Below are positions 25,503-37,794 of a DNA stretch of 64,000 nucleotides, piece by piece. Position numbers and translations under genes: made by a program. The notes below the pieces were generated by a model that did not search any database, was not told the DNA's origin, and was given only the letters and a program-made list of their open reading frames with translations. Source of the stretch: Antedon mediterranea. Taxonomy: Eukaryota > Animalia > Echinodermata. The DNA lies in contig NC_092680.1 of the NCBI RefSeq assembly GCF_964355755.1, positions 21,213,045 to 21,277,044 of the forward strand. Reading direction: 5' to 3'. The stretch's first letter is position 1, and each line of letters opens with the position of its first letter.

Positions 25503-26874
25503 ATGATGATGTCACCAGGCAAATTTCTCTGTAGAACATTGCCACTTGTAAGAAATGTTATAAAAAGAAGTTGTTACAAGGAAGGCATCACAGCAATTAA
25601 TCTAACTGAGGTGACTTCAAGTCAACAAATTCAGCACTCGGAGTTGAACGCGCCAAAGGACAGTTTTAGACCACCATTGTATATTGAGAGTACCCAAAGA
25701 GTGACACTTCAGGGCCTAGGTGGAGGAAGTATTGAGAGTGACTTAAATAATGAGACAGGAATTGCAACAATCACCATTAGCAACACAAAGAATGCAAATG
25801 CACTATCAGGTAAAAAATAGATTAAATTTAATTAATAAATTAAAATATTAATATATTGATATAAATCTGGTTTTATGTTTCAAATGTTGGTATGTTTGAC
25901 CTACCAAATGATAAATTTAATTTTAAAAGCTAAGGTTTTACTTCAATTTATGATAAAGTGGACGCATTCAAATGGAGTTTACAATTATATGTCAGATTAT
26001 ACGCATGCTTAGAGAGTGATTTGGAAGATGAAAACAAGAATATGCATGCGTATTAGCTGGCGCTTTCGATTTACACAAACAAATTCGCCTAGTGGAAAAC
26101 CGGCTTAAAGTAAATATACACTGAATATACTACCCTCAATTTGAGTAATAATTGAATTAAAACATGTTGTTTTTTTTTTTAGGATCTATGATGGTAGAAC
26201 TCGCAGATGTTATTTCTGAGCTTGAAAATTGGAAGAAAGGTAAAGCTGTTATACTTGTGGGCAACCCAAATGGAAACAATTTCAGTGCTGGAGCTGACCT
26301 GACATCAATGAAAGAATTGAAAACACCTCAAGCAGGTACCATGATGTGTTTATTCATGCAGAACACTTTACTGCGGCTGCAACAACTTCCGTTGATAAGC
26401 GTTGCAGCCATTGATGGAAGAGCTATGGGTGGCGGTGCAGAGATCACGACGTCATGTGACTTTCGAATTATGACGGAAGGATCCGTCATACAATTTGTGC
26501 ACAGAAAGCTTGGTCTGTCTCCCGGATGGGGTGGGGGCGCTAGACTTGTCCACATTGTCGGACACAGAGAAGCATTAAAAATGTTATGTAGTTCTGATCC
26601 AGTGGACGCTGAAACTGCTCTGAAAGTTGGCTTATCTGATGGAACTTTACCAGAAACCAAAGATCTAATTAAGGGAACAGCTGATTGGCTAGCTCCTTTT
26701 ATTAGTGCCCCATACCAGCTTGTTCAAGCAATAAAAAAAGTTGTTTTAGCTGGTTCGGAACTTCCTCTTGATAAAGCTATGAAAAAAGAAAAAGATATTT
26801 TCACAGGTCTGTGGGCAGCAGACTTGCAACTGGAGATAATGGAACGCTACATGAAACAAAAGCGTTTTAAATAA
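25503..26874 (+). CDS. ECHDC1: Ethylmalonyl-CoA decarboxylase (crotonase/enoyl-CoA hydratase fold), 2 coding exons
   Basis: Exons 25503-25809 and 26183-26874 join in frame (NALSG|SMMVEL). Motifs GGGSIE, ELENWKKGK, FSAGADL, CLFMQNTL, AMGGGAEITTSCDFRIM and PGWGGG match ECHDC1. Candidate upstream non-coding exon with donor AAG|GTAAGA at 25200 and acceptor at 25490. AATAAA at ~26883. Confidence 0.92.
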
Positions 26875-27793
26875 ACAGTTACAATAAATGATTATAGAGT
26901 GCTACAGTGAGTGAATATATGAATATATAGTGTGGGAAATAAATAATAGGTTTAACAATAGACCATTATTTAATGCCACAGTATGAATAAAAATCTTGTG
27001 AAATACTGGTTAGCTTTAACAATAGACGATTATGGAACACTATATGAATGAAAAAGCACTAATAGGTTTGTTTAACCATAGACAACAATACACCACTGTA
27101 TAAGCAAAAGTGAATGAAATATACATTGTTTAGCTTTAACAGGATTTTTATTTCTACCTCCGTGTTTTAACAAAACAGTGCATTTAGAAAAATAATGTTA
27201 AAATGTGTGTGTGTTTGTTAGATGTATTCTAATTTAAAAGGAATAATATTCACAGAAGGGTCTTATTCCAATGATATGTTTCAGCCATGATTTCAGAGAG
27301 AATATTTTCCTTCCTAAATTGTGTTTACATTCATTTTATATTAGTTAGAGCATAGGGGAGTAACTGCCATAGTTCTGGGTAGCACAAATATATTGTAGTA
27401 AATAATATTTTATAACATTTATTTTCAAAAATTATTTTATATTTCATGTAATACTGTAATTGTTATTTTTCCCTGACTGTATAATATGTATTGTTATTTT
27501 TAGGCTTACTAATAAAGTCCAGTATGAAACATACATATTATATGCAATTCTGGTGACGATGTACGGCGCTCGTTCCGAGATTCGTATCATTGGCCTTTCC
27601 TTATAAAGCTAAGTTACTATACAGTGACGTTTTTAGTGTCCTCAAATTTTGTAAACAAAATGACTTGAACAACGTTATGTTTTGTTTTTATTGCTCGCAA
27701 TATTTATTAGGTACTGTATTACCATTCTTTATTGTTAACGTTTATCATTGAATAGTATTATCTGTTAATTTGAACTGTATTATCTTATCATTA

Positions 27794-27904
27794 AGCTCTG
27801 TCTACACAGTGTGATATGCCCAAATATGGTAATGATATGACGTCATCGTGTCCATATATGGGCACATCACATTTTTGTTTGTCACAAAAGTTTGATAGAG
27901 AGCT
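27794..27904. mobile_element. MITE family A copy
   Basis: AGCTCTGTCTACAC..AGAGCT with TTA on both sides. Confidence 0.8.
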
Positions 27905-28757
27905 TTAAAATAGCATTATCTTTACAAAATGCATTCTGATGCTGCAGTACCGTAGTACAACGCATATAACCAGTAGATATTGTACAAAGAGATTCGTATA
28001 TCTAGAGTCTATATAAAGTTAAGTTTTACTTGGATTGTATTATTTTACATACTATAAAAAAATACGCGGATGATTTGAAGTACAACATTAAACAGAGTTT
28101 AAGGTAAACGTTTTGTTTCATTGCATTTATATTTTTATTCGCAGTGTTCTTAAATGTGTTAACCAAAATTAGCTTATAATTCAGCTCATTCAAAATTACT
28201 TCAATTTTCAGATCTTTATGAAATTTACAAATTGATTGAATTATTATTTTAATTCGTCAACGTCGGATGCAAAAATAGTATTGTAAGATACGAATGTTAT
28301 ATGTGTGAAAACCTTCAGACCTGTGAGCACAGCAAAAATATTTAAAAACAGGTTCTATTGTCGAGACTAAAGAGTCCACTGTGTAACCAGATATTGGAAG
28401 CCTAGTTCTGTAAAAGTACTCTAAACAATGAAACCAGTTCATCATGAGTATATTCATATACTACTAATGTATTCCATTGCTCTCGTTCATGTTCGTTCAA
28501 AAATATTTATCATGTTTAATATCTACGTAGTGTTTCTTGGTACATTGTTTCACAACTTTTGACCGTGTCATCGTGTTGGGTAGGCCTATATACACGATTG
28601 TTTACCATTGTTATACCATTTACGTATTTTGAAAAGAATTGAACATAAAAGTGCAAACGATGCATGTGTAAAATGTTTGTCTAAGGTGCGTGGTGGTAAT
28701 CAGTCTTTGTACGGTTATTGTACTAGTTCACGTGTGGTAAACAATTTGGTTTTGGGT

Positions 28758-28912
28758 CACCTGTTGCCCTCGTATGGTTCCCTCCTTCGTAACTAAGCCT
28801 ACTCACTTCACCTGGTGCCCTCGTATGGTTCCCTCCTTCGTAACTAAGCCTACTCACTTCACCTGGTGCCCTCGTATGGTTCCCTCCTTCGTAACTAAGC
28901 CTACTCACTTCA
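28758..28912. repeat. 51-bp minisatellite, 3 copies
   Basis: TCACCTGGTGCCCTCGTATGGTTCCCTCCTTCGTAACTAAGCCTACTCACT repeated three times. It generates the repetitive ORF 28723..28908. Confidence 0.95.
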
Positions 28913-29196
28913 CTCGTTCTAATATTAATTTTATGATCTATTGGCTTTAAGTGTATTTAACTAAGAATAGTTTAAAATACAGTGGTTTGAATAATCAGGA
29001 GGGAAGAGTGAAATGTTACTCTTCCCTGGAATAATACAAAGATGTTTTATGTGCAAAGTTCTTTAGAAAGATACAAAAAAACAAAAATTGAAATAATCTC
29101 AGTAGAGTAAAACCATTCTTGTTTAAATTCTCTATTCAAATTTTTCATTGTTAATTGAACTGTTGATAGTAGTAGTAGTTGATCACATTTGGTATT

Positions 29197-31182
29197 TTAA
29201 AATACTTGTATTCTCTTATTCTTCGAGTCACAGACAACTATGTTACCGCCTCTTGTCATGACAACACCCATTGGGTAGTCAAGCCTTCCATTTTCTGCAC
29301 CTTTAGAGCCAAATGATGTTATAAATTTCCCCGCCCTATCAATAACTTGTAGCCGATGGTTTCCAGCGTCAACCACAATCAGAAACGAATCATCAACGGC
29401 TACTCCAGTTGGTTCTCTCAGCTGACCTAGGTTCACGCCTTCAGAACCTATTGAGCAAAAGAATTTCCCAGATTGTTCAAACACCATGATACAATGTTTT
29501 AGAAGATCGGTAACGATAAGTTTGTCGTGGAATGTTGTCAGACCAGATGGGTATTTGAATTGTCCATCTCCCCAGCCGTGATGTCCAATCTGTCGGATGT
29601 AGATACCTTGTCGATCAAGCACTTTGATACAATAATGATCTGGATCACAAACATAAATGTTACCTCTTTCATCACAATCTATACCAGTTGATTTATAATT
29701 AAAGCTTTGAGATCGTTTAGGGCGACATATTGCAAGTTGATCTAACGGTGTTCCTGCTGAATTGTACACCTGGATGAACAAAGTGGCATCAACGACTAAA
29801 ATTTGACCCATTGCATTTGTACAGATTCCTTTTGGATACATTAGCTGTCCTTTCTTCATACCCTTTTTTCCAAACATCAATAGATGTTGGCCCGCCGGGT
29901 TAAAAACATGGACACAATGATTTTCACTGTCAACTACAAAATATTTTCCTTGAGCCACGGCCACATCGTAAGGAACTCCTAAAACTCCAACTCCAAAGAC
30001 TTTACTCGGTTCACCTTTATTCTTAAGCACTGTTTCTCTTTGTTTCATTTGTATTGTCTGTTTTAGTTCAATGTTAAATAAATTAAATATTGTTGATCTG
30101 GGAGTGATGTCTTTCTGAGACCCATCAACGTTGTTACCAGAGTCTCGTCGTTCCCTGGGTTTTGGTGTTGGATTTCGCTGTCGTTCATTTGCTGGTATTG
30201 ACGAATAAGGTGAAGATGGTAAAGAAGAAGATAGAGAATTTCGACGACGTCTTTCGGATTCATTCGCAACACCATTTCTTGCAGAGGCTATTTCAAGATA
30301 TCTGTCTGTACTATGGGACACGACAACAGAACTGGGTCGTTTTGGCTTAGCTTGTACGAGTGGCGGATTGTTGTTGTCAGCCTTTGAAGATGCAGGTCTT
30401 CGTATATCAACTGATTTGGAATGACCAACTTGAACTTTTCCAAAGAAACTTTGGGCAGACGACAACTGCTCTCTACCACATTCCACGTAGACAATCTTTT
30501 TAATTTCAGAACTCAATCTGCTCTGTATTTCGGCCATTGATTTACTGAAATCTGTGCACGTTTTAAGAAGATCAACTAATTGTGTCTCTTCAACTTTTAC
30601 ATTAGGAATTTCTTTGCTGAATTCTTCAATTTTGGAAATCTTCTCGCGGTATGTCGCTTGCTTTCCTTTAAGAGTTTCAATTTCAACTTTGACATGGCTA
30701 TCAATCTGCGCCCACAAGTCCTTTTGTCTCTGCTTCAATTCGTCTCCAATCTGTTTAAAACTTTTCTGGATTTCACTTTTTGCAAGTTCGGCTCTACTGT
30801 TCAATTGTCTCCTCTGACGCTCCATGTTCCAGAAAGCATCGACCTGCTCTTTCAGTTCGCTTGTTCTTTTCTCTAAACATTTCTTGAGATCGTTGTTTCC
30901 TTGTTGTTCTCTGGCTACAGACTGTGACTTCATTTCCACCAAGCTAGTGATGGTGACATTACTTGGTAACCCCTTTGAACCTTCTGAGGACAAAGAATGA
31001 AGCGTACGGCATTCGGGACATTTCAAACGAAGCGGTTTCTTGTCACCTTCTAGTTGCTGTAGACACGTTAAACAAAAGGTATGATAACAAGGTAAGCCTT
31101 TAGGTAGATGGTATCCTTCGTCGTATTGCTCAAAACATAGAGAACACTCCAAGAGTACGGCTATGTCACTTTCTCCAGACAT
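29197..31182 (-). CDS. RING-HC + coiled-coil + NHL-repeat protein (TRIM-NHL-like E3 ligase), single coding exon, 661 aa
   Basis: N-terminal C3HC4 RING (CSLC..LPCYHTFCLTC..CPEC), a helical coiled-coil, a Ser-rich linker and about six NHL repeats (P.GVAVD..G.I.V.D..NHRIQVF). Acceptor 7 nt upstream of the ATG (31190-31191) and candidate 5' UTR donors at 31754 and 32302. Confidence 0.9.
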   Translation of the reverse strand: MSGESDIAVLLECSLCFEQYDEGYHLPKGLPCYHTFCLTCLQQLEGDKKPLRLKCPECRTLHSLSSEGSKGLPSNVTITSLVEMKSQSVAREQQGNNDLKKCLEKRTSELKEQVDAFWNMERQRRQLNSRAELAKSEIQKSFKQIGDELKQRQKDLWAQIDSHVKVEIETLKGKQATYREKISKIEEFSKEIPNVKVEETQLVDLLKTCTDFSKSMAEIQSRLSSEIKKIVYVECGREQLSSAQSFFGKVQVGHSKSVDIRRPASSKADNNNPPLVQAKPKRPSSVVVSHSTDRYLEIASARNGVANESERRRRNSLSSSLPSSPYSSIPANERQRNPTPKPRERRDSGNNVDGSQKDITPRSTIFNLFNIELKQTIQMKQRETVLKNKGEPSKVFGVGVLGVPYDVAVAQGKYFVVDSENHCVHVFNPAGQHLLMFGKKGMKKGQLMYPKGICTNAMGQILVVDATLFIQVYNSAGTPLDQLAICRPKRSQSFNYKSTGIDCDERGNIYVCDPDHYCIKVLDRQGIYIRQIGHHGWGDGQFKYPSGLTTFHDKLIVTDLLKHCIMVFEQSGKFFCSIGSEGVNLGQLREPTGVAVDDSFLIVVDAGNHRLQVIDRAGKFITSFGSKGAENGRLDYPMGVVMTRGGNIVVCDSKNKRIQVF

Positions 31183-31422
31183 CGTTTATCTACGCATAAA
31201 TATACAATACAAAATGTTATTGACGAGCAATCTAGTCATATAAGTTCAGGTATGTCGCGGACTAAGTAAGTAAGTATGTAAGTATTCATTGAAGATATTG
31301 AAGAATTTTAGCCCTCTTATTATAATTATGATGATAAAAAAAAACTTTAAAATTAAAAATTTCCCTCACCAAACTTTGGTTATTTTGTTCCAATAGTGAA
31401 ATGAAAAATAATTTAGCTCAGT

Positions 31423-31523
31423 GGATAATAATTGAATAGTTGATAATAATTGAATAGTTGATAATAATTGAATAGTTGATAATAATTGAATATTGGATAA
31501 TAATTGAATAGTTGATAATAATT
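31423..31523. repeat. 18-bp tandem repeat (GATAATAATTGAATAGTT) x ~5.5
   Basis: Directly visible tandem copies. Confidence 0.9.
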
Positions 31524-32504
31524 TTCCCAGCATTTAGTGTGTATGGATAGTACTGTATATAATGTAATCACGTGACGTCGTTATTCACCTAACAATTATG
31601 CCTCTAATCGCCTGTATGATTTAAATAAGTTTACGCTAGAAACGTTTCACTTATAATATAATGTATAATAAGATATGTAAGCTATAAGCTTATGTTAACA
31701 AGAGCCTGTTTTATATGAATGCCCGTGAAACTACATCATACGGAGACTTCTTACCTTCTTGTTGCTACCATGAAACTGTGTTATTCAACAACTCGCCAAA
31801 CTCAAAGGTGTTTTAATTATTACATCGATATATGACGTAAAGTATAGTCTAATAAAGTTAACGTTAGTATTGTTTGTGCTGAACTGAAGCCTGGTGAGTA
31901 TTATTTGAAGTGAGTGAAGTGTTGAATGGTTCACCGATGATATATAAAGGACCATTGTACAGAGTGCTTCAGCTTTTGATTCAAAGATGTTTGTTCACGT
32001 CCTTCGGTGATTCATTTATACTGTTTGCTATACAGAATAGATCCAGACAATAAAAGGATAGGCCTATTAAAGAAAGTAATACAACATATGATAGCTGGTA
32101 AACAGTTTTGGTAACGTAATACATAACCTCAAAAAATATAAAAATTGAATCTAGTCTACAAATATAGACCTAATTAGGATTATTTCAACGGATAAGTTAA
32201 CTTCTCAAAATATATCATCGATCAAAATTTATTGAATTCATTCGAAATTCGTATTAAAAGTTTAAAAGAAGAAAGAAGGCCCAACCTAAAACAGTAGCTC
32301 ACCTCGAAAAGAAGCCCACCAGAAAAATTCCATTAGCTTTTTTTCGAATTTAGGCCTACTTGTTATAATTATTAGAAACCTGTTTCCAATTGTGTCCAAA
32401 AGTAAAACATGGAGTCAGTATTGATATGATTGAGTCTCTACTCTTGAGAACAACCGGGAACCATATCATATAGCGCCACCAATGTTGAATTATGGGATGG
32501 TTTG

Positions 32505-32548
32505 GTGCCTTCGATCCTTTCTGTCGATCGTTGCCATAAACGTGACAT
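32505..32548 (+). promoter_or_regulatory. Putative TCT/5'TOP start and non-coding exon 1 of RPS21
   Basis: Pyrimidine tract (TCCTTTCTG) followed by donor ACAT|GTGAGT. This layout is typical of ribosomal-protein genes. Confidence 0.6.
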
Positions 32549-32675
32549 GTGAGTAAAATATGTGTTAAAAACTTGTAATTTTAGCAATTTTATAAATACA
32601 ATCAATAATCGTATATCGATTTATTGGTATTTTAAATATTTTCTGTATCCGTTTTTAACAGAAACATTTGCCAAG

Positions 32676-34492
32676 ATGCAGAACGAAGCCGGAGAATACG
32701 TGGATTTGTACACTCCAAGAAAGTGGTAAGGAGGCGCAGAAGCACGATGAATGTGTGTAAGCCCGGCCTCGGTCGGCATGGCCATGTTGGATGGCACTAG
32801 CGGGAGGATTTGTCCTAGGCCTAGGGACGATTTATTTGGCCGAGGAACGTTTAGGAGCTCTGCTTTTTTCAATGCAATTATAAATAAGCCTGATTCAATA
32901 ATATTAATATGAAGTTTATAAATAATCCTACTTAATTTAAATAAATTTAAATTAGTGTACCCGCCACGCATATTTATTATTATTTAGACAGTAATTTGTT
33001 TAATGAAATGATGAAAGGTCTTTGACTCTGGAAAAGTAAATCAAACCTCAATGTTTCCTTTCACAATGCAACACGCGGCCACGCACATATCGATTGCTAC
33101 ATAGCCTAAAAGTGAGATGTTTCAGCCTGCCTGACCCTAGCTAGCCTACCTTAATAACTATTAGGCCTAGTACTAGGCTATAGTTTACAATTAACTTTAT
33201 TCTGCACTTGGTAGATTGCAAAATATTTGATACACACCGATTTTGATTGCTTATTAATTTTGTTTTTTCAGTTCCACCAGCAACAGAATAATATCAGCCA
33301 AGGACCATGCCTCAGTACAGATAAACATTGCAGAGGTGAGTTCACAATTATTAGACAATTTATTGATATAGAAAAAGTCATGATAATTAACAATTAAAGT
33401 AACATTACATTGCAAAATGACAATCAAACAGATATATAAAATGTGTAGATGCATGCCAGCTGTAGCAATAAAAAGTCATAACAGTTAATGTAAAAAAAAT
33501 TATATCTTCTTTTAAATCATGTAAGTAATATTATTTTGAATTCATAGATAGATTATTATGTGAATGATCTACAACATTACTGTGCCATTCTTATGTTTTG
33601 TTGTTTTGTGTACAGGTTGATCCAACTACTGGGATGTACACTGGTACGTTTAAGACCTACGCTTTATGTGGCGCCATCAGAAGAATGGTAAGATGTACAT
33701 CTAACGTGATCCTTTTATATCTGCTCCAAATATTAAATTATATAACTATTTTTATTTTCTAATCTAAAGCTTTCTCTACACATTAAACTTTATCAAACTA
33801 TCAAACTAATTTGACAAAAAAAAGTGTGATGTGCCCAAATATGGTAGTAATACATAACCTGTTATAGTCAAGAGAAAATAAAGTTTTTGAAAAATATATA
33901 TTTTGATTGTGTATATCAAATAAATAATGATTTTATGATTTATTTACAGGGTGAATCGGATGATTCATTGGTTAGACTGTCGAAGGAAGACAACATAATT
34001 GCCACGTAAATACTACAGTTATATTTGTACAGTTATATTTGTAACTCAAATTGCAAATCAAATTCTTTTATCCTTTCTCTCTTCATCACTGTTTTGAAGC
34101 AAACAAAAACTTGTTTCCCAAACCGCTAAATAATCTTTGATTTTTGCAATAGTTTGAGATATTCCTAATTTTGAACCTACAATTTTTTTATTTATATCTT
34201 GTTTTCATATCTTTATTCCTAGTAAGTCACATATGATAAACACAAACCCTATTCATTAAACGTCTCACAAATAGTAACGTCAATCCTGAAGTGCTGTCTA
34301 CACTATCAAACTTTATGTGACAAAAAAAGTGATGTGCCCATATATGGACATGATAATGTCATATCATTACCATATTTGGGCACATCACACTTTGTTTGAT
34401 AGTGTAAACAGAGCTTTACATTGGTCTGATCTCCTGTTAACATAAAATGTACTAAAGTCTTCTTTTTGTTTTTTTTTCACAGTAATTATTAA
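32676..34492 (+). CDS. RPS21: 40S ribosomal protein S21 (eS21), 5 coding exons, 83 aa
   Basis: Exons 32676-32725, 33272-33335, 33616-33687, 33950-34005, 34483-34492 translate to [89 protein letters not shown] at ~34607. Confidence 0.98.
34291..34415. mobile_element. MITE family A copy in RPS21 intron (another partial copy at ~33769-33850)
   Basis: CTGTCTACACTATCAAAC..GTTTGATAGTGTAAACAGAGCT. Confidence 0.85.
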
Positions 34493-35238
34493 TCCAGTCC
34501 CTTACCAAGCCACAATGCAGTGATGTAGTTAGCTTATAAATTAATGTCTATTCCAGCATTTAAATTTTAAAATGGCAAACATGACTTGTACAATATTGAG
34601 ATTGCAAATAAAGTAAATGTAATCTTGTATTCATTTGTATTGTTATTTGTTTTATAAATCACAAATTGAACAAACTACACCAATTTGGTTAAAAGAAGTG
34701 TGCCCTCTATATCAGCACAACGGTTTATACTAATGTAGCTGCTGCGGTTTCTGGCTATAGTAGAAATAAGAAGAAAATAATCAGATACATAATGAAGCAC
34801 ATGACATCAGCAGAAAACAACTAGTTTTGGATATTCATGAATTTGTAATTCTTTCCGAAACAGCCACAAATTTGTGAAACTAACTTGCTTGACAGTTTCT
34901 TCAGACGAAATGACAAATGTCATTAAACTAACAAGCTGGTTAGTTTCGCAAATTTTTTTCAAAAAGAATTACAAATTTAGAAAACAAATATCGCACACAA
35001 GTAAAGAAATTATGAAATGTTAAGAAAATTCTACCAGTCGTTCAAATAATCCATTGTAGAGCATTGTCAAAGTGCGAGCCAGAGGGGAATGCAATTCATG
35101 TGCAATAATGATTCAACAGAACAAACAGTGGGAGCCCACACACAAAAGCCTAATGTTAATCTTTGTACAATTCATAAAAAAATTATAATAATCAGTCGAC
35201 GGAGCTAACAGGTCATCTTGTTTACAGCTAGATTATTA

Positions 35239-35417
35239 AGCGTAGTTCCCACTAGTGACGCAACGCAAGGACGTAACGCAACGCAAGTGAATTGACCAAT
35301 CACAAGCGATGGCTTATTCGCTTGTGATTGCTAACTGTCCATAACTTCGCTTGTCATTGGTTAAAACGCTTGCGTTGCGTTTACGTCCTTGCGTTACGTT
35401 CTAGTGGGAGCCAAGCT
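35239..35417. mobile_element. MITE family B (PIF/Harbinger-type), best-preserved copy
   Basis: Near-perfect palindrome AGCGTAGTTCCCACTAG..ACGCAAGGACGTAA..TTACGTCCTTGCGT..CTAGTGGGAGCCAAGCT, with TTA on both sides. Confidence 0.88.
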
Positions 35418-37613
35418 TTACTAGTTTCGTTACGGATTGGTTGAAAGTTGCTTGTTACTCAACCGTGAACAACCAGAAAATGAATTGATCCTACCGATTT
35501 ACCGATAAAGGCACAATAACACAGAAGGTGAAATTAAGTTAAAATAAAACTAGAAACAAAACACATACAATACACGAGGCACCTTCTATAAATTAATGTA
35601 AAAAGATTACTCAAGTAAATAAACAGTGTGGCGTGTTGACCGCGAATGACAAACCACCAGTCCCACTACACCTGCACAATTTCATTTGCATAACAACGCA
35701 CAGCATACCAAGCCGTGTCGTACAACTACGATGAGATATAAATTCTCTTCTTCACGTAACGAAGAGAATTATCAATTCTAAAATATAAACGGTGGATATG
35801 CGCTCTCTTGATGTGATAAACTATGACGAAAGAGATGGAAATACTACTTTTTACATGTTATTCAAATTTTTATCCATGATGACGTAATCAAAATAAAATG
35901 GCGGTAATTGATTAACAATTTGGGTATCCTAAATAAACTTAGCTTTCTAAAAATCTCTCAAAAAACAACATTTATTTTTAATTAAAAAAAATCTGTATCT
36001 GTAAAGATTTTAACACCAGGTAGAGCAGAGAGTAGGCAACTCAAATTAGGGCGTATTACCCGTTGGGCCACCAAGTACATGACTGAACAGCTGATAATAG
36101 TCTGCTTCATATTACGTCATTCTAACCGTTACGTCATAATATGCATATTCATGAGCACCATCTTGAGGGAACAAAGCTTGTATTAACGTAGCAATAAATA
36201 AGACGGCCGGTTAACAACACGACTGTCGTGGGTTCTAACCCCACGCTGGTGGAATAGAGTTAAAGGTATGCGACCAACTGTGTTTGGGTTCACAGAATTA
36301 TACGTCCCCCTTTCCAATAGGCAATAACTTCAATGCATCTGGTAATGTGCTGGAAACGACCCCAAAAGGCTGTGGCAAGGCCTTAGTGCTGAGGCAGGGA
36401 GAGCACATTTAACATCTTTTTTTTTGGCTTATGCCACCTGTATTCGATCTCGTAAATTTTATGTTTAGCGCCCTCAATTTTAAGAACGCCCGCGTTTACA
36501 GTAGATTATTTATCCATGTCTTACTGTACTTTATGTATAATTCAATTCAATTCACTTTTATTTCAGAACAAAGTCCATATCATAACACATAACAATATTC
36601 TAAAAAATAAATGTAAGTAAGTAAAAAAATCTAAACCACATAATTTATGCCGTCGGAAAACCGTCGGTTTTCAACTGGAGTGAAAAAACATTTACCGTAG
36701 CCTTAAAGTATAATAATAAGACGAATTGATCGTACTACAAATCGGAAACAAGTTTTCCAAATCAATGAGCGTTATGAAATTGAAAAGTTAACCTGGCAAC
36801 CTATTAAGTCAGACGATGAACATATCATTGGCGCCACTTTCCTATTTCTTCTTATTTATTTAACAATCTTTTCAATGCGGCGTATCGATAATCAGAATAC
36901 TGAATCTTTCGTTAGTAGCTTTATTTATAGTAAAAACACGCGATATGAATAATTAGTTGCTATTGAATGACCATCCTCTAGTTTCTATACATACTTTCTA
37001 CTTTTATATACTTAAGTTCACTTTCCTATATTTTTTGTTAAAGTATGATTCGGTGGTGGTATTTACAAATCATTTAGAATTACATTCTATACTCTGTACT
37101 TTATAATACTTAAGTTCACTTTCTTATTAATAGTAATAACTGTATTTTTCCGTGGTCAATAATTTAGATAGAAGATGGTAAATATACAGCAGGTGAACAT
37201 GGAAAACTCGTAATGGCAATTCCGCTCACACAGAGTTACGGGACGTCGGGAGTGAGACATCAGTCTCAGGTGTGTGTATAATTTACATGAGTACATCGTG
37301 ATTTTAGGCCTATATCGCATGGATTATGATGACGAATGTTTGAACTCAGTGGGGAGGGGGAGAATTGCAGGATAGAGTGAGGTGCCAATGAAGCGTGGTT
37401 TTTATACCGTTTCGTAATTCACGTAAAATGCAACGAATACAAACTAACGGCAACTTTTAAGTTAAAATTTTCATTCGTGTTGACGTTACGACTTTAACGT
37501 TACGACTTAATTGACGATAAAAATACGAAGACTGCAGTATAGAAATAGTGTGATGAGGGTGATATATTGATTGTGAAAAGGATCGCAAAGAAAACATGAT
37601 GAGGAAGATTTAA

Positions 37614-37794
37614 AGCTCTCTGTCTACACTATCAAACTTTATGTGACCAATAAAGATGTGCCATATAGGCCTACCATTACCATTTTTATACCTCCATGCA
37701 TATACGGACATGATGATGTCCTATATCACTACTATTTTTGGGCACATCACGTTTTTTTTGTCGTCAAACTAGTTTGATAGTGTAGACAGAGCTT
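37614..37794. mobile_element. MITE family A copy with a small internal insertion
   Basis: Both TIRs are present. A ~35-bp insert lies between duplicated CATATA. Confidence 0.85.

Noticed and set aside
28723-28908. ORF with 17-aa repeats resembling a peptide precursor
   Set aside because: It is a translation of the 51-bp minisatellite, with no signal peptide or dibasic cleavage pattern.
32621-32971. 116-aa minus-strand ORF
   Set aside because: Antisense to RPS21 exon 2/intron 2, with no recognisable domain.
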